Part shown: positions 13,994-28,000 of the stretch, one piece after another
Layout: the number at the start of each line of letters is the position of its first letter
Numbering within the stretch: the first letter of the stretch is position 1
Assembly (NCBI GenBank): GCA_030390025.1
Contig: CM059431.1
Location: forward strand, 140,246,001 to 140,310,000
Reading direction: 5' to 3'
DNA length: 64,000 bases
Source of the DNA: Squalus acanthias
Taxonomy: Eukaryota
The notes under the pieces: model-generated
What the model saw: only the letters and a program-made list of their open reading frames with translations
Databases searched by the model: none
What the model was told of the DNA's origin: nothing
Made by a program: the position numbers and the translations under genes

Positions 13994-15280
13994 TCCCAGG
14001 GTTACACATTGTCTGACCTCACTGGGACCATCCTCCCTGGGCTGCACATTGTCTGATCTCACTGGGCACATCCTCCCCGGGTTACACACTTTCTCGTCTC
14101 ACTGAACTCATCCTCCCCGGGTTACACACTGTCTGATCTCCCTGGGGCCCATCCTCCCCGGGTTAAACACTGTCTGATCTCACTGGGGTCCATCCTCCCC
14201 GGGTTACACACTTTCTCGTCTCACTGAACTCATCCTCCCCGGGTTACACACTGTCTGATCTCCCTGGGGCCCATGCTGCCTGTGTTACAGACTGTCTGAT
14301 CTCACTGGGCCCATCTTCCCCGGGTTACACACTGACTGATCTAAGTGGTCCCATCCTTCACGGGTTACACACTGTCTGTACTCACTGGACCCATCCTCCC
14401 CGGGTTACACAGTGTCTGATCTCACTGGGTCCATCCTTCCCGGGTTAAACACTGTCTGATCTCACTGGACCCATCCACCCTGGGCTACATATTGTCTTAT
14501 CTCACTGGACCCATCCTCCCTGGCTGCACACTTCTTCTACTTCTCTGTGCTGTTTTACTCTCCGATATTTCTATCATGTGTTAATTTTCTGGAATCAATA
14601 TTAACCATCGTTTACATAAACGCTCTCTCAAATATTCTATGCTGATCTCACTGGAACCATACTCCCCGGGTTACACACTGTCCGATCTCACTGGACCCAT
14701 CCTCCCCGTGCTACACATTGTCTGAACTCCCTGGGGACCATCCTCCCTGGTTTACAGACTGTCTGATCTCACTGGGCCCATCCTCCCCGGGTTACACACT
14801 GTCTGTACTCACTGGACCCATCCTCCCCGGGTTACACACTGTCTGATCTCACTGGGCCCATCCTCCCCGGGTTACACACTGTCTGATCTCACTGGGCCCA
14901 TCCTCCCCGGGTTACACATTGTCTGATCTCACTGGGCCCATCCTCCTCGGGTTACACACTGTCTGATCTCACTGGGCCCATCCTCCCAGGGATTCACACT
15001 GTCTGATCTCACTGGGCACATCTTCCCCGGGTTACACATTGTCTGATCTCACTGGGGCCATCCTCCCCCGGGTTACACATTGTCTGATCTCACTGGGCCC
15101 ATCCACCCCGGGTTACTCACTGTCTGATCTCACTGAGCCCATCCTCACCGGGTTACACACTGTCTGATCTCACTGGACCCATCCACCCCGGGTTACACAA
15201 TGTCTGATCTCACTGAACCCATCCTCCCTGGGCTAGACATTGTCTGATCTCATTGGACCCATCCTCCCTGGGCTGCACAC
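13994..15280. repeat. 40-bp satellite array
   Basis: Tandem 40-mers. Confidence 0.9.
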
Positions 15281-16265
15281 TTCTTCTACTTCTCTGTGCT
15301 GTTTTACTGTCCGATATTTCTATCATGTGTTAATTTCTGGAATCAATATTAACCATCGTTTACACAAACGCTCTCTCAAATATTCTAAGCTGCAAAAATG
15401 GGTCTTATTTTATCAGCAGCAAACAATCCTTCGCTATTAGTAAAGGCGAGTGAAAGGTTAAACTAGAACTTTGACATCTTATGTGCAACAGGAAATGAAT
15501 GTGACAGGACATGAGTTTGACCAACAGTAAGTGTGACGCTCACAGGATGTGTGCGGTACGAATAAGACTTTTAATGTATTATTTGTGAATCTCGAAGGCC
15601 TGGCTCATACTAAGACAGATGGACTGGAAAGTCTTCTCACTGCGAATTTTTGGAAGAAGCCAGATAGTCAAGGGACTTTATTCATTGCACCGCCCCCAGT
15701 ACTGGGAGTAAGGAATAGCATGTGGAATAATATTCTCTGTTGAAAAGGAACTGAAATAAGCCTTATCAATATAAGAAATGTGTTATTAAACCATTACAAT
15801 AAGAAGTCTTACGAATTATATATATATCTATTAACCTAGTGCTCAAAAGTAACATAATGGGAACAGTGGTGTCCACAGTGATCTGTATTGGGCATTCAAC
15901 TTTTAACTATTATATAAATGATTTGGGTGAAGGACTACAGAGCCGTATTTCTAAATTTGCTGACGACACTAAGTTAGTTCGCACAGTAAGCATTGCAGAT
16001 GGAAAATACAGCAGGAAATGGACTTTGGTGGATTAAGTGAGTGGGCAAAGATGTGGCTGATGTAATCAGACGTTGGAAAGCGTGCGGTCACCCACTATGG
16101 ACCTAAGAAAGATAGATCAGTGTGATTTCTGAATGGCGAGAAGTTAGGAACAGTGGAGGAGCATAAAACTTTGGAGTACAATTACATAAATCACTGAAAG
16201 AAAGTGGTTAGATACAAATTTAATTACAAAGGCAATTATAATATTGTCCTCTATCTCAAGAGGGC

Positions 16266-19112
16266 TGGACTCACCGGTAGCAGCAGCAGCGAGAGCGGCC
16301 CTGGGTGAAGCCTGAGCGCAGAGAATGCGAATTTAAAGAGTGGGGAGATAGAGAGCGGCCCAGACTCCGGCAGAGGCAGCGGGCGTGGTACTGGGTGCAG
16401 ACTGAGCGCAGAGAATGGGAGAGAGATGAAAACCACAATTACGTCACAGGACACCTGGCAACTGATTGGTTGGTAAAGGTCACGTAGGTTAAAAAAATAT
16501 TTTTCTTGCTCCTCAAGGGCCGGGTTTAAAAAGCTGGTTAGAGATAAAACAGAAAGTTAGAGATGGGTAACTGTTAATACTTTATTAAAAAAGTAACTGT
16601 TAATGCTATATTAAATTAGTAACTGTTAATACTATATTATATTAATAATTTGAATTAGATACATCTTAAGTCATAAGTTTCTGTAAAGCTAGTGAATAGC
16701 CTATTAAATAGTGGCATGGCAATCCAACTCAGTCCCACAGAGTGCACATCATGTGCCATGTGGGAAACCCAGGATGCTTCCCGTGTTCTGGACAACCACG
16801 TGTGCAGGAGGTGTCGTCAGCTGGAGGTGCTCGACCTGCGGGTTACGGAACTTGAGCAGCAGCTGGCGGCACTACGGTGAATCCGTGAGGCTGAGAGCTA
16901 CTGGTAGGACGTTTCAGGAGGTGGTCACCCCGCAGCTAATGAGTGTGCAGGCAGAGAGGGAATGGGTGACCGCCAGACAGAAAAGGAGGACCAGGCAGGT
17001 AGTGCAGCACTCCCCTGAATGTATCTCGCTCTCCAACCAGTATTATATTCTGAGTACTGGTGAGGGCGATGGTTCTTTTGTGGAGTACAGCCAGAGCCAT
17101 GTCCGCATCACCACGGTTGGCTCAGATGTACAGGGGGAAGGAAGACGAGTGGGAGTGGTAGGGGATTCGATAGTTAGGGGAGCAGATAGCTGTTTCTGCG
17201 GCCGCAGACGTGACTCCAGGATGGCACTTTGCCTCCCTGGTGCCAGGATTAAGGATGTCACTCAGCTGCTGCAGAACATTCTCAGCGAGGAGGGTCAACA
17301 GACGGAGATCGTGGTCCATATTGGTACCAACGACATAAGTAGAAAGAGGGCTGAGGTCGTGCAGGCAGATTTTAGGGAGCTAGGAAATAGTTTAAAAAGC
17401 AGGACCTCAAAGGTAGTAACCTCTCAGGACCTCAAAGGTAGTACTCCCGGTGCCAAACGCGATTGAGTACAGAAATAGAAGGACTGAGCAGAAGAATGCG
17501 TGGTTGGAGAGATGGTGCAAGAGGGAAGGGTTTTAGATTCCCGAGGCATTGGGACCGGTTCTGGGTGAGGTGGGACTTGTACAGACCGAACGGGTTGCAC
17601 CTTAACTGGACCGGAGCCAAATACTCGCGGGTACGTTTGCTAATGCTGTTGGGGAGGGTTTAAACTAATTTGGCAAATTGATGGGCAGAGGCAGAGAGCA
17701 CTAAAGTAAGAAATAGTAAGGTATAAGGTGGGGTCCAACAAAGAGGGAATGCAGGATGGTCTAAGATGGGTTTACAGTGTATGTATGTGAATGCACGAAG
17801 CGTAGTAAACAAGGTAAGTGAGCTGCAGGCACGAATAACCACACGGGAATAAGATGTTGAGTCGGTAACTGAGACCTGGCTCAAAAAAGGGCAGGATTGG
17901 TTATTAAATATTCCTGGTTATAATGTGTCAGGAAAGATAGGGAAGGAAAGATAGGAGGTGGTGTGGCAGTATTGTTTAAGGAGAATGTTACAATGCTGGA
18001 GAGGGCGGATGTCCTGGAGGCGTAAAGGACAGAATCTATATGTTTAAAGATAATAAATAATAGAGGTACCATTAAGCTACTAGGTGTTTTCTATAGACCA
18101 CCAAATAGTTGGAAAATTATGGAGGAAAAAATTAGCTGAGAAATTACAGAGGGGTGCAAGGACTATAGAGTTGTAATAATGGGGGACTTCAATTATCCTA
18201 ATATAAAGTGGGAGTGTAATAGTGTTAAGGGAAGAGAAGGGGAAGAATTGCTGAAGTGTGTTCAGGAGAACTTTCCAGATCAGTATGTTTACGGCCCGAG
18301 GAGGGAGGAGGCATTGCTGGATCTGGTTCTGGGGAATGAGCTAGGTCAAGTGGAGCATGTGTCAGTAGGAGAACATTTAGGGAACAGTGACCATAATATC
18401 ATAAGCTTTAGATTAGCTATGGAAACGTACAGGGAGCAATCTAGAGTAAAAAGGTTTTACTGGGGGAAGGCCAATTTCAGTGGAATGAGAACGGATTTGG
18501 CCGGTTAAACTGGGATCAAAGATTGGCAGGCAAAACTGTAGTGGAACAATGGGCTGCCTTTAAAGAGGAAATAGTTCGGGTACATTCGATGTACATTCCC
18601 AAGAGGGAGAAAGGTAGGGCAACTAAAATCAGAGCTCCCTTGATGGCGAAAGAGATAGAGAATATGATGAAGCAGAACGAGAGATGTCAGGTTGCAAATA
18701 CATCTGCGAATCAGGCGAGATATAGAAAGGTCAGGGGAGAAGTGAAAAGAAAAAAAGGGGCAAAGAGCGGATATGAGAATAGACTGACAGCCACCATAAA
18801 AGGTAATCCCAAAGTCTTCTATAGGCATATACATAGTAAAAGGGCAGAAAGAGGAGGAGTGGGGCCGATTATGAACCAAAAAGGAGATCTATGCATGGAG
18901 GCAGAGGGTATAGCTGAGGTACTAGGTGTGTACGTAGGATCTGTCTTCACCAAGGAAGAGGATGCTGCCATAGACATACTGAAGGAGCTGGTAGTAGAGA
19001 GACTTGTAAGGATAAAAATTCATAAAGAATAGGCATGAGAAAGTTTGGCTGTACTTAAAGTAAATAAATCACCGGGGCGGATGAGATGCATCCTAGGATG
19101 CTGCGGGAATTG
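16266..19112 (+). mobile_element. Degenerate CR1 LINE 5' half (5' UTR, ORF1, endonuclease, linker)
   Basis: CTSCAMWE...HVCRRC, VVGDSIVRG, VVHIGTND, MGDFNYPNI, GNSDHNII; frameshifts and stops. Confidence 0.85.
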
Positions 19113-19159
19113 TGCAGGACGAGTGCAGCTCCAACAACACTCAAGAAATTAATTGACTT

Positions 19160-21540
19160 GTAATGTTCGGCATGCTATCCTTTTCCTCTACTGCAAGCAC
19201 TGGCACAATAATTATTCAACATGTCTGTATTATCATCGTTATCAGTTTTGAAGTGGGCGCACATTTCTCCAGACCACCTTTTTTTCCGAATATAATTGTG
19301 AAAGAAGTGTTGATTTTGATATATTTTGCAAGTTTCTTTTCATATTCCTTTTTTGTATCTTTTGCTGTCTATTTTGTCATCTTTGTTGGTCTTTGTATCT
19401 GTTCCATTCGCCAGGATCTGTGGTGGATTTTGCATTTTTATGCTTTACCTTTTAGTTTTATGTTGCCCTTACTGCTTTTGACCACCATGGCAGTTTCTTT
19501 TGGCAAAAAGAGGTCTTGCCCCTTAACGGTATATACTGCTTCTGAAACAAATGTAATTTTTTTGAACCCCTCCCACTGATCTTCTGTCGTTTGACCCATT
19601 AACAGATTTCCCCAGTTTACTGTGGACAGCCTCTGACTCATTGCATTTAAGTTAGCTTTACATAAATCTAAAATCTTCGCAGCTGTTGCATTTTTCTCCA
19701 TTTCAAGCACTACGATTATATTATGACCGCTATTAGATAAATGTTCACGCACAGTTAGGCTGTTAACTAAACTGGGTCATTACTGATTTCTAAATCTAAT
19801 ATGACCTGCTTGTTGGTGCAAGGACATATAGTTGCAGAAAACTATACCGTACACGCTCAAGAAATTCCCTACCCCTCTGACATGAGCTCGCCGGCTTATC
19901 ATAATCTATATGAAAGTTAAAATTCCCTATTAAACTCATTCTGCCTTTACTACATGCTTCTCTAAGTTCTGCATTTGTACATTCTACAAGTTAACAGCTG
20001 CTACCAGGGGTCATATACACAACTGCCAAATGTTTTTCCATTCATTATTTCTTCCCGTAAAGTCTCCACTGCCTGCATACCTCTTGTTATATCCTCGTTT
20101 ATCAATGAATTGATTTCACCCTTAATCGCTAAGGCTACTCCTTCCCTCTACCATTTCTCCTTTCGATCCTTTAGACCTTATTACCTGGTATAGTTAGTTC
20201 CCAGTCCTGACCGTCTTATAGACATGTCTCAGTAATGGCGACCATGTCATACCCTCCAAGTTGAATTGACGCCTTCAATTAATTCAATTTGTTCCTAACA
20301 TTCCGTGAGTTTGTATAAAGAAAGCTTACTTGGGCCACAGGCCATAACCTGTCCTTCTGCTCTACTGCTTTACTGACACGCTGCTTATTTCTCTCTCCTG
20401 TTTTAATTACTTTACATCTTTTAGTTTTCCCTTTACCTGCAGTGCCTAAAGCACCAGGCCTCAGGATCCCTCTACTATCTAACTTTTCGTTTGTTTGACG
20501 AAGTATTATTTTTACTATCTTTTCCATCTGAGACCTCCCCAGCACCGCATTTATTAGTTTAAAGTCCTTGTGACCACCCTGTTTATAATGTTCGCTAGGA
20601 CATTGATCCTAGCACGGTTCAGGTGGAGCCCATCCCAACAGTGCAGTGCCTTCCTGTCCAAGTACAGGCGCCAGTACCGCATGAAATGGAACCCTTCCTT
20701 CGCACACCATTCTTCAGTCACGTATTCATCTCCCAAACCTGCTTATCGCTACACCAATTTACACGTAGCTCGGTTAATAATCCAGAGATTACAACCCTTG
20801 GTGTCGTCTTTATTTTAATTAAGCTCCTTGTTCCTGGTACTCCCCAAACAGGACCCCCTGCCTACTCTTTCCTATGGTGTTGTGCCCTACATCGACAACA
20901 ACGACTGGATCCTCCACCTCCTTCTTCAATATTCGTTCAAACCGTTTTGCGATGCCCATCATGTAGGCAACATACCATGTGGGTCTCTCGAACCTGCTTA
21001 CAAAGGAAGCCAAGCTATCTGTCCCCCTAATTATTGAATCCCCTACAACTGCCACATTACGTTTCCCCTCCTGCTCATCCTCCTCCCCCCTTTGGACAGC
21101 TCCAAATGTGCCCTGGTCAGCATTCCGGCTTTCCTTCCCACAGTCTTTATCCTTAGTTAGAAGTTATCACAGTTCGCATGTACATTGTATCTGTTGTGTA
21201 GGACCAGTTTCTGCAGATCCTCGTTCTCTATCTCATCTGGTTTTCCCTTACTCTGTACACTATCGGTGACATCAACCCCGTTCTGAACCTGCACCTCTCT
21301 GCGAGGCATGACCGAAGTCTGAAGGAAACTGTCCAGTTACTCTTCCCCCTCCCTTATATGTCCAAGTGTCACCAACTCGCACTCCAGCTCCATGAACCTG
21401 AGCCGGAGTGATTCGAGATGGAGAAATCTACAGCAAACATATTCCCTCCGGACAGGCTCGCTGTCCACAAAACTCTCACATACTGTAGTCCATACTCACA
21501 AACTGTTCTGCCATATCTTATTCTAAATTATTTATATCTA
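19160..21540 (-). mobile_element. Old CR1 LINE 5' portion (ORF1 + endonuclease), highly decayed
   Basis: AVVGDSIIRG, WDGLHLNR, FLYTNSRNVRNK, EHLSNSGHNII on the minus strand. Confidence 0.75.
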
Positions 21541-21664
21541 ATTTTTAGTCTGTTCTACGTATTTTTTACAAACTAACTTGCACTAAGCACCAAAACACTG
21601 GACAAAATACCTGGTGCAATGTTAAAAGCAGTATAATGTCGATATTATGGGGACCATAAAGCTA

Positions 21665-21842
21665 GTTTATTTCCCAGTTGGTGCTGCCGGCGAGGAGCCT
21701 CGCCCACTGACACTGCACACCGGGGAATGGCGGATTCTCAGCCCACAGTTTTCTGTCCATTAACCATCAGCAGCGCACTCGCGATTTACTGATGTGTGTC
21801 GCCAGTGGATAGGCTCGCCAGCACTAATGCAAGGTAAAAAAA
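21665..21842. mobile_element. Decayed palindromic MITE-like element
   Basis: ttggtgctgccggcgaggagcctcgcccactg...cacac mirrors gtgtgtcgccagtggataggctcgccagcactaa as an imperfect inverted repeat. Confidence 0.45.
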
Positions 21843-21845
21843 TTA

Positions 21846-22225
21846 TCATAGAGTCATAGATTGATGCAACACAGAAGGAGGCCATTCGCCCCATCGTGCC
21901 CGGGCAGGTTCTTTCATAGACCTATCCAATTACTCCCACTACCCGGCTCTTTCTCCATAGCCCAGTAAACATTTTCCCTTCAAGTATTTATCCAATTCAC
22001 TTTTTAATGTTACGACTGAATCTGCTTTCAGGCATTACATTCCAGATCACAATAACTCGCTGCGTACAAACATGTTTCCTCATGTCACGTCTGGTTCTTT
22101 TGCCATTCACCTTACACCTGTGCCCTCTGGTTACCGACACTTCTGCCACTGGAAACAGTTTCTCTTTAGTTACTTTATCAAAACTGTTCATGACTTTGAA
22201 CACAACTATCAAATCTTAACCTTCG
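21846..22225 (-). mobile_element. CR1 3' end fragment
   Basis: catagagtcataga tail, ggccattcgccccatcg; EKLFPVAEVSVTRGHR. Confidence 0.8.
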
Positions 22226-22271
22226 CTGCTGTAGCTATCGTGACTTCACAATTCGACATTTCTTTAGTTAT

Positions 22272-22870
22272 CAACAACAGTAACTTGCATTTATATAGCG
22301 CCTTTAATGTAGCAAAACGTCCCAAGGCGCTTCACAGGTGCGTTATCAATAACATTTGACACCCAGAATGGAGATATTAGGGCAGATGACCAACAGCGTG
22401 GTGAACGGTATAGCTTTAAAGAGCGCCTTATACAATGAGAGAAAGGTAGAGAGGTGGAGATACCTAGGGATGGAATTCCAGAGATTAGGGCCTTGGCAGC
22501 AGGAGGCACGGCCGCTAATGGTGGGCCGATGAAAATTGGAGATGCGCACGAGGCCAGAATTGGAGGGGTGCAGAGATCTGGGAGGATTGCAGGGCTATAG
22601 TAAATTAGAGTGGGAGGCAGAGGCGAGGTCATGGAGGGACTTGACAACAAGGATGACAATTTTACATCAAGGCATTGTCCGACCGGGAGCCAATGTAGGT
22701 AATCCGGCACAGGGGCCATGGGTGAACGGGACTTGGTGCGAGTTAGGATATGATCAGCAGAGTTTTGAATGAGTTCAAGTTTACGGAGGATGCATGGTGG
22801 GAGGCCGGCTAGGAGAGCATTGGAATAGTCGAGTCTGGAGGTAGCAGAGGCAATTCATGAGGTTTTCAGC
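22272..22870 (-). mobile_element. L2-like LINE 3' fragment
   Basis: aacaac...ttgcatttatatagcgcctttaatgtag...cccaaggcgcttcacag tail; LHWLPV motif. Confidence 0.7.
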
Positions 22871-22951
22871 TTTTTCTGCTTTTATTTCTAATATTATTGC
22901 TAATTCCCATTTCAGACGATATTCTGTGTTTTACTTGGTTTGGGTTCTTAC

Positions 22952-24195
22952 CATGTCAGAATACACTGGGAATCTGATGCTGTGTATCTGACGTTGATTT
23001 TGGAAGCACATTCCCTGCTTGCTTTGACCGGTGTTGTTCTACTTCTGTATTGTGTGTGTCTGTAACCAATAATAAAAACCCGGTGTTTAATGTCTTTCAC
23101 CGTCCCCAGTACTAAACACTGGGGATGTCCAAAGGTAATGAAGCTGTGCTCAGCATTCACTATCGGACAACACTCCATAACCAATGGCCACAGGCCGGGC
23201 TGATCTTTGAAGTTATCACCTGCATTGTCTTCAATAAATTGAGTATAATTAGCTTCTTTGTTTAATCTTTCACCTTGATTTGTAACCAGATGCGGCATTT
23301 TAACATTGAGATCTGATGGTGTCGGTGTGAGTTCAGCCCCACCTAATAAACCATCTGCTGGGCCCTGCCCCAGACTGGAGTCACCACTTCGACCAAACCC
23401 CTTTACTCTAAAATACACAAGATTCGCTGTGACTGTGTGTTAACGACAGAAACTGATCTGACTTCACATCCCATTGCACGGCCTCTTGCTGGATAATTGT
23501 GCTCAGTGGTCAGACTCTCCTCGTCTCATTCTCACCATTTCCTGCCTCACCTTGTAACCATTGTGGACTGTCAATGGGACTTTGTCTTACCTTTATCTCC
23601 AGTCGATCTCTGGAAGCTCTTTGAATCGGAAGGGTTCTCTCTGGTTGGTGCTCTCACAATCCTGTGCTGGTTCACCGCCTGTTGTTCCTCAGTCTACAAT
23701 CCCTGTTTACTTCCAGCTGTGCATCTTTCTCAATCACTACATCATTCATCGGGTAATCTAATTCTGGCAGGGCTGAAAAGGAGAACAATATTGAAGGTGT
23801 GGAGTGGAATGTAATATAAACTTATCCCATAGTTATTCGTAAAAACGAAAAATATTGAATTAAAAAAATGATGTCCGCAGTGACAGACTTCTCATATAAC
23901 GGACGCGCGTTTTCCAGGAGTAGCTCACATTTTGGAGACTTTCTCCTCGATTTGAAATCACTGCCCATTCCTTTATATTCCTGGCTGAATTCCATCCAGG
24001 ACACATCCGCCCAGCTTCCACGTGTCTTTCTTTCGCTCGTGTTTTGCTTTCTTTCAGTGGCATCTCAGGCAGAGAGAGCTGACAGACAAAATACTCAGCT
24101 CACACAACTCAGCAACTTTCCTGGAGCCTTGACCTGTTTTAGCTACACTGACAACGGGATTCCACCTCCTACGTCAGAGCTCTCTACTTTGTCTG
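22952..24195 (-). pseudogene. Exon-like segments of an unidentified gene or pseudogene (approx. 24079-23929, 23772-23591, 23407-22952)
   Basis: Pyrimidine-tract AG acceptors and gtgagc/gtaaga donors on the minus strand. The 456-nt last segment is fully open. The frames do not join cleanly. Confidence 0.4.
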
Positions 24196-25010
24196 AAGAG
24201 ATAACAATTAAGATCAAATTCCCTCTCAATTCCCATCTGATTATCTACGCCATCTGGAGAACGGACCGTTAAATATTATAGTTACCGCCCGCCTTCTGTC
24301 AGCTCCTTTATTCGGACTTTAGCCGATCAGCTCCCTTCATGTACGGTTAAATTTTTCTTCATTTTCAGCAACGGATTGTCCGATTTCACAGGTCAAACAC
24401 ACAACGCCCACGGCGCTGATGTTTCGGCAGAATGAAATAATCTGTATTGTCCCATATCCCGAGCCGCACTCACCCTCCCACAAGAGACACTGGATCCCGA
24501 TCAGGAGCAGGAACACTGGCTGACATTTACACTCGCGGGTCTGGAGAACCCAATGGGAATTGTAGCGGGGCTCCCGTCACTGCCGCACTGAGTGCCGCTA
24601 AATCAGTACAGATCATGGGCAGGTCCATTTCCCAGTTAACTCCCAGCATTCCCTGCATTAACTGACAGCTATTCCCTCCCAGAGCCGCTCCCAGGGATAC
24701 AATCCCTGCTTATTTCACACAACGCCAAGTTTATGCCCTGTTGAATACTGCGCTTTATGAAACTCTGTCTCGCTACAGTTTAGAACAGGAAATCCATTGC
24801 TGTATCTGACACTGTCTCCCGGATTGCCGAGATAACAGTCGGACCAATCGCTGCCAGGATCCGCCAACTCTTCAGGTTCAGGGCTGAGTATTTTAGTTCT
24901 ATTTTGTCACCTACCACGGAGCGCCGGTTCAGGCCGCCTGGACTTCCTGGAAATCACAAATATTGGAGCAGAAATTTGCCGTTTCCTCTCTGCGCTTAAG
25001 ACAAACAGAT

Positions 25011-28000
25011 GCTGTCTGATCGCACAGCGCCCATCCTCCCAGGTGACACACTGTCTGATCTCACTGGGCCCATTCTCCCCGGGTTACACACTGTCTGATC
25101 TCACTGGGCCCATCCTCCCCGGGGTACACACTGTCTGATCTCACTGGGCCCATCCTCCCCGGGATACACAATGTTTGATCTCACTGGGCCCATCCTCCCC
25201 GGGTTACACGCTGTCTGATCTCACTGGGCCCATCCTCCCAGGGTAACACACTGTCTGATCTCACTGGGCCATCCTCCCCGGGTTACACACTGTCTGATCT
25301 CACTGGGCCCATCGTCCCCGGGTTGCACACTGCCTGATCTCACTGGGCACATCCTCCCCGGTTTACACACTGTCTGATCTCACTGGGCCCATCCTCCCCG
25401 GGTTACAAACTGTCTGATCTCACTGGGCCCATCCTCCCTGGGTTACACACTGTCTGAGCTCACTGGGCCCATCCTCCCCGGGTTACACACTCTCTGATCT
25501 CACTGGGCCCATCCTCCCCGGGTTAAACACTGTCTCATCTCACTGGGCCCATCCTCCCAGTGTTACACACTGTCTGATCTCACTGGGCCCATCCTCCCCG
25601 GGTTACAAACTGTCTGATTTATCTGGGCCCATCCTCCCCGGGTTTCACACTGTCTGATCTCACTGGGCACATCCTCCCCGGGTTACACACTGTCTGATCT
25701 CACTGGGCCCATCCTCCCCGGGTTACACACTGTCTGATCTCACTGGGCCCATCCTCCCCGGGTTACACACTGTCTGATCTCACTGGGCCCATCCTCCCGA
25801 AGTTACACAGTGTCAGATCTCACAGGGCCATTCCTCCCCGGGTTACACACTGCCTGATCTCACTGGGCCCATCCTCCCCGGGTTACACACTGTCTGATCT
25901 CACTGGGCCCATCCTCCCCAGGTTACACGCTGTCTGATCTCACTGGGCCCATCCTCCCCAGGTTACACACTGTCTGATCTCACTGGGCCCATCCTCCCAG
26001 GGTTACACACTGCCTGATCTCACTGGGCCCATCCTCCCCGGATTACACACTGCCTGATCTCACTGGGCCCATCCTCCCCGGGCTACAGTCTGACTGATCG
26101 CGCTGGGCCCATCCTCCCCGGGTAACACACTGTCTGATCTCACTGGACTCATCCTCCCCGGGTAACACACTGTCTGATATCACTGGCCCATCCTCCCCGG
26201 GTTACACATTGTCTGGTCTCTCAGGGCCCATCCTCCCCGGGTTACACACTGTCTGATCTCACTGGGCCCAGCATCCCCGGCCTACACACTGTCTGATCTC
26301 ACTGGGCCCATCCTCCCCGGGTTACACACTGTCTGATCACACTGGACCCATCTCCCCCGGGTTACAAACTGTCTGATCCCACTGGGCCCATCCTCCCCTG
26401 GGTACATTTTGTCTGAAATCACTGTGGCCATCCTCCCCGGGTTACAGTGTTTGATCTAACTGGGCCCATCCTCCCCGGGTTACTCACTGTCTGATCTCAC
26501 TGCGCCCATCCTTCCCGGGTTACACACTGTCTGATCTCACTGGGCCCATCCTCCCCTGGGTACATTTTGTCTGAAATCACTGGGCCCATCCTCCCCGGGT
26601 TATAGTGTTTGATCTCACTGGGCCCATCCTCCCTGGGTTACTCACTGTTTGATCTCACTGAGCCCATCCTTCCCGGGTTACACACAGTCTGATCTCACTG
26701 GGCCCATCCTCCCCGGGTTACATACTGCCTGATCTCACTGGGCCCATCCTCCCTGGGTTACTCACTGTCTGATCTCACTGGGCCCATCCTCCCCGGGTTA
26801 CACACTGTCTGATGTCACTGGGCCCATCCTCCCTGGGTTGCACACTGTCTGATCTCACAGGGCCCAGCCTCCCCGGGCTACAGTCTGTCTGATCGCACTG
26901 GGCCCATCCTCCCCGGGTTATACACTGTCTGATCTCACTGGGACAATCCTCCCCGAGATACATCCTGTTTGATCACACTGTGCCCATCCTACCCTGGATA
27001 CAACCTGTCTGATATCACTGGGACAATCCTCCCCGAGTTACACACTGACTGATCTCACTTGCTCCATCTCCCCCGGGTTACAAACTGTCTGATCCCACTG
27101 GGACCATCCTCACCTGGGTACATTTTATCTGAAATCACTGGGGCCATCCTCCCCGGGTTACAGTGTTTGATCTCACTGGGCCCATCCTCCCTGGGTTACA
27201 CACTGCCTGATCTCACTGTGTCCATCCTCCCCGGGTTACACACTGTCTGATCTCACTGGGCTCATCCTCCCCGGGTTACACACTGCCTGATCTCACTGGG
27301 CCCATCCTCCCCGGGTTACACACTGTCTGATCTCACTGGGCCATCCTCCCGGCTTACACACTGTCTGATCTCACTGGGCTCATCCTCCCCGGGTTACGCA
27401 TTGTCTGGTCTCACAGGGCCCTTCCTCCCTGGGTTACACATTGTCTGATCTCACTTGGCCCAGCATCCCCGGGTTACACACTGTCTGATCACACTGGGCC
27501 CATCATCCCCGGGTTACACACTGTCTGATCTCACAGGGACAATCCTCCCCGAGTTACATCCTGTTTGATCACACTGGGCCCATCCTACCCTGGATACAAC
27601 ATGTCTGATATCACTGGGACCATCCTCTCCGAGTTACACACTGACTGATCTCACTTGCTCCATCTCCCCCGGGTTACAAACTGTCTGATCCCACTGGGCC
27701 CATCCTCCCCTGGGTACATTTTATCTGAAATCACTGGGGCCATCCTCCCCGGGTTACACACAGTCTGATCTCACTGAGGCCCATCCTCCCCGGGTTGCAC
27801 ACTGTCTGAGCTCACTGGGCCCATCCTCCCCGGGTTTCACACTGTCTGATCTCACTGGGCCCATCCTCCCCGGGTTAAACACTGTCTCATCTCACTGGGC
27901 CCATCCTCCCAGTGTTACACACTGTCTGATCTCACTGGGCCCATCCTCCCCGGGTTACACACTGTCTGATTTATCTGGGCCCATCCTCCCCGGGTTTCAC

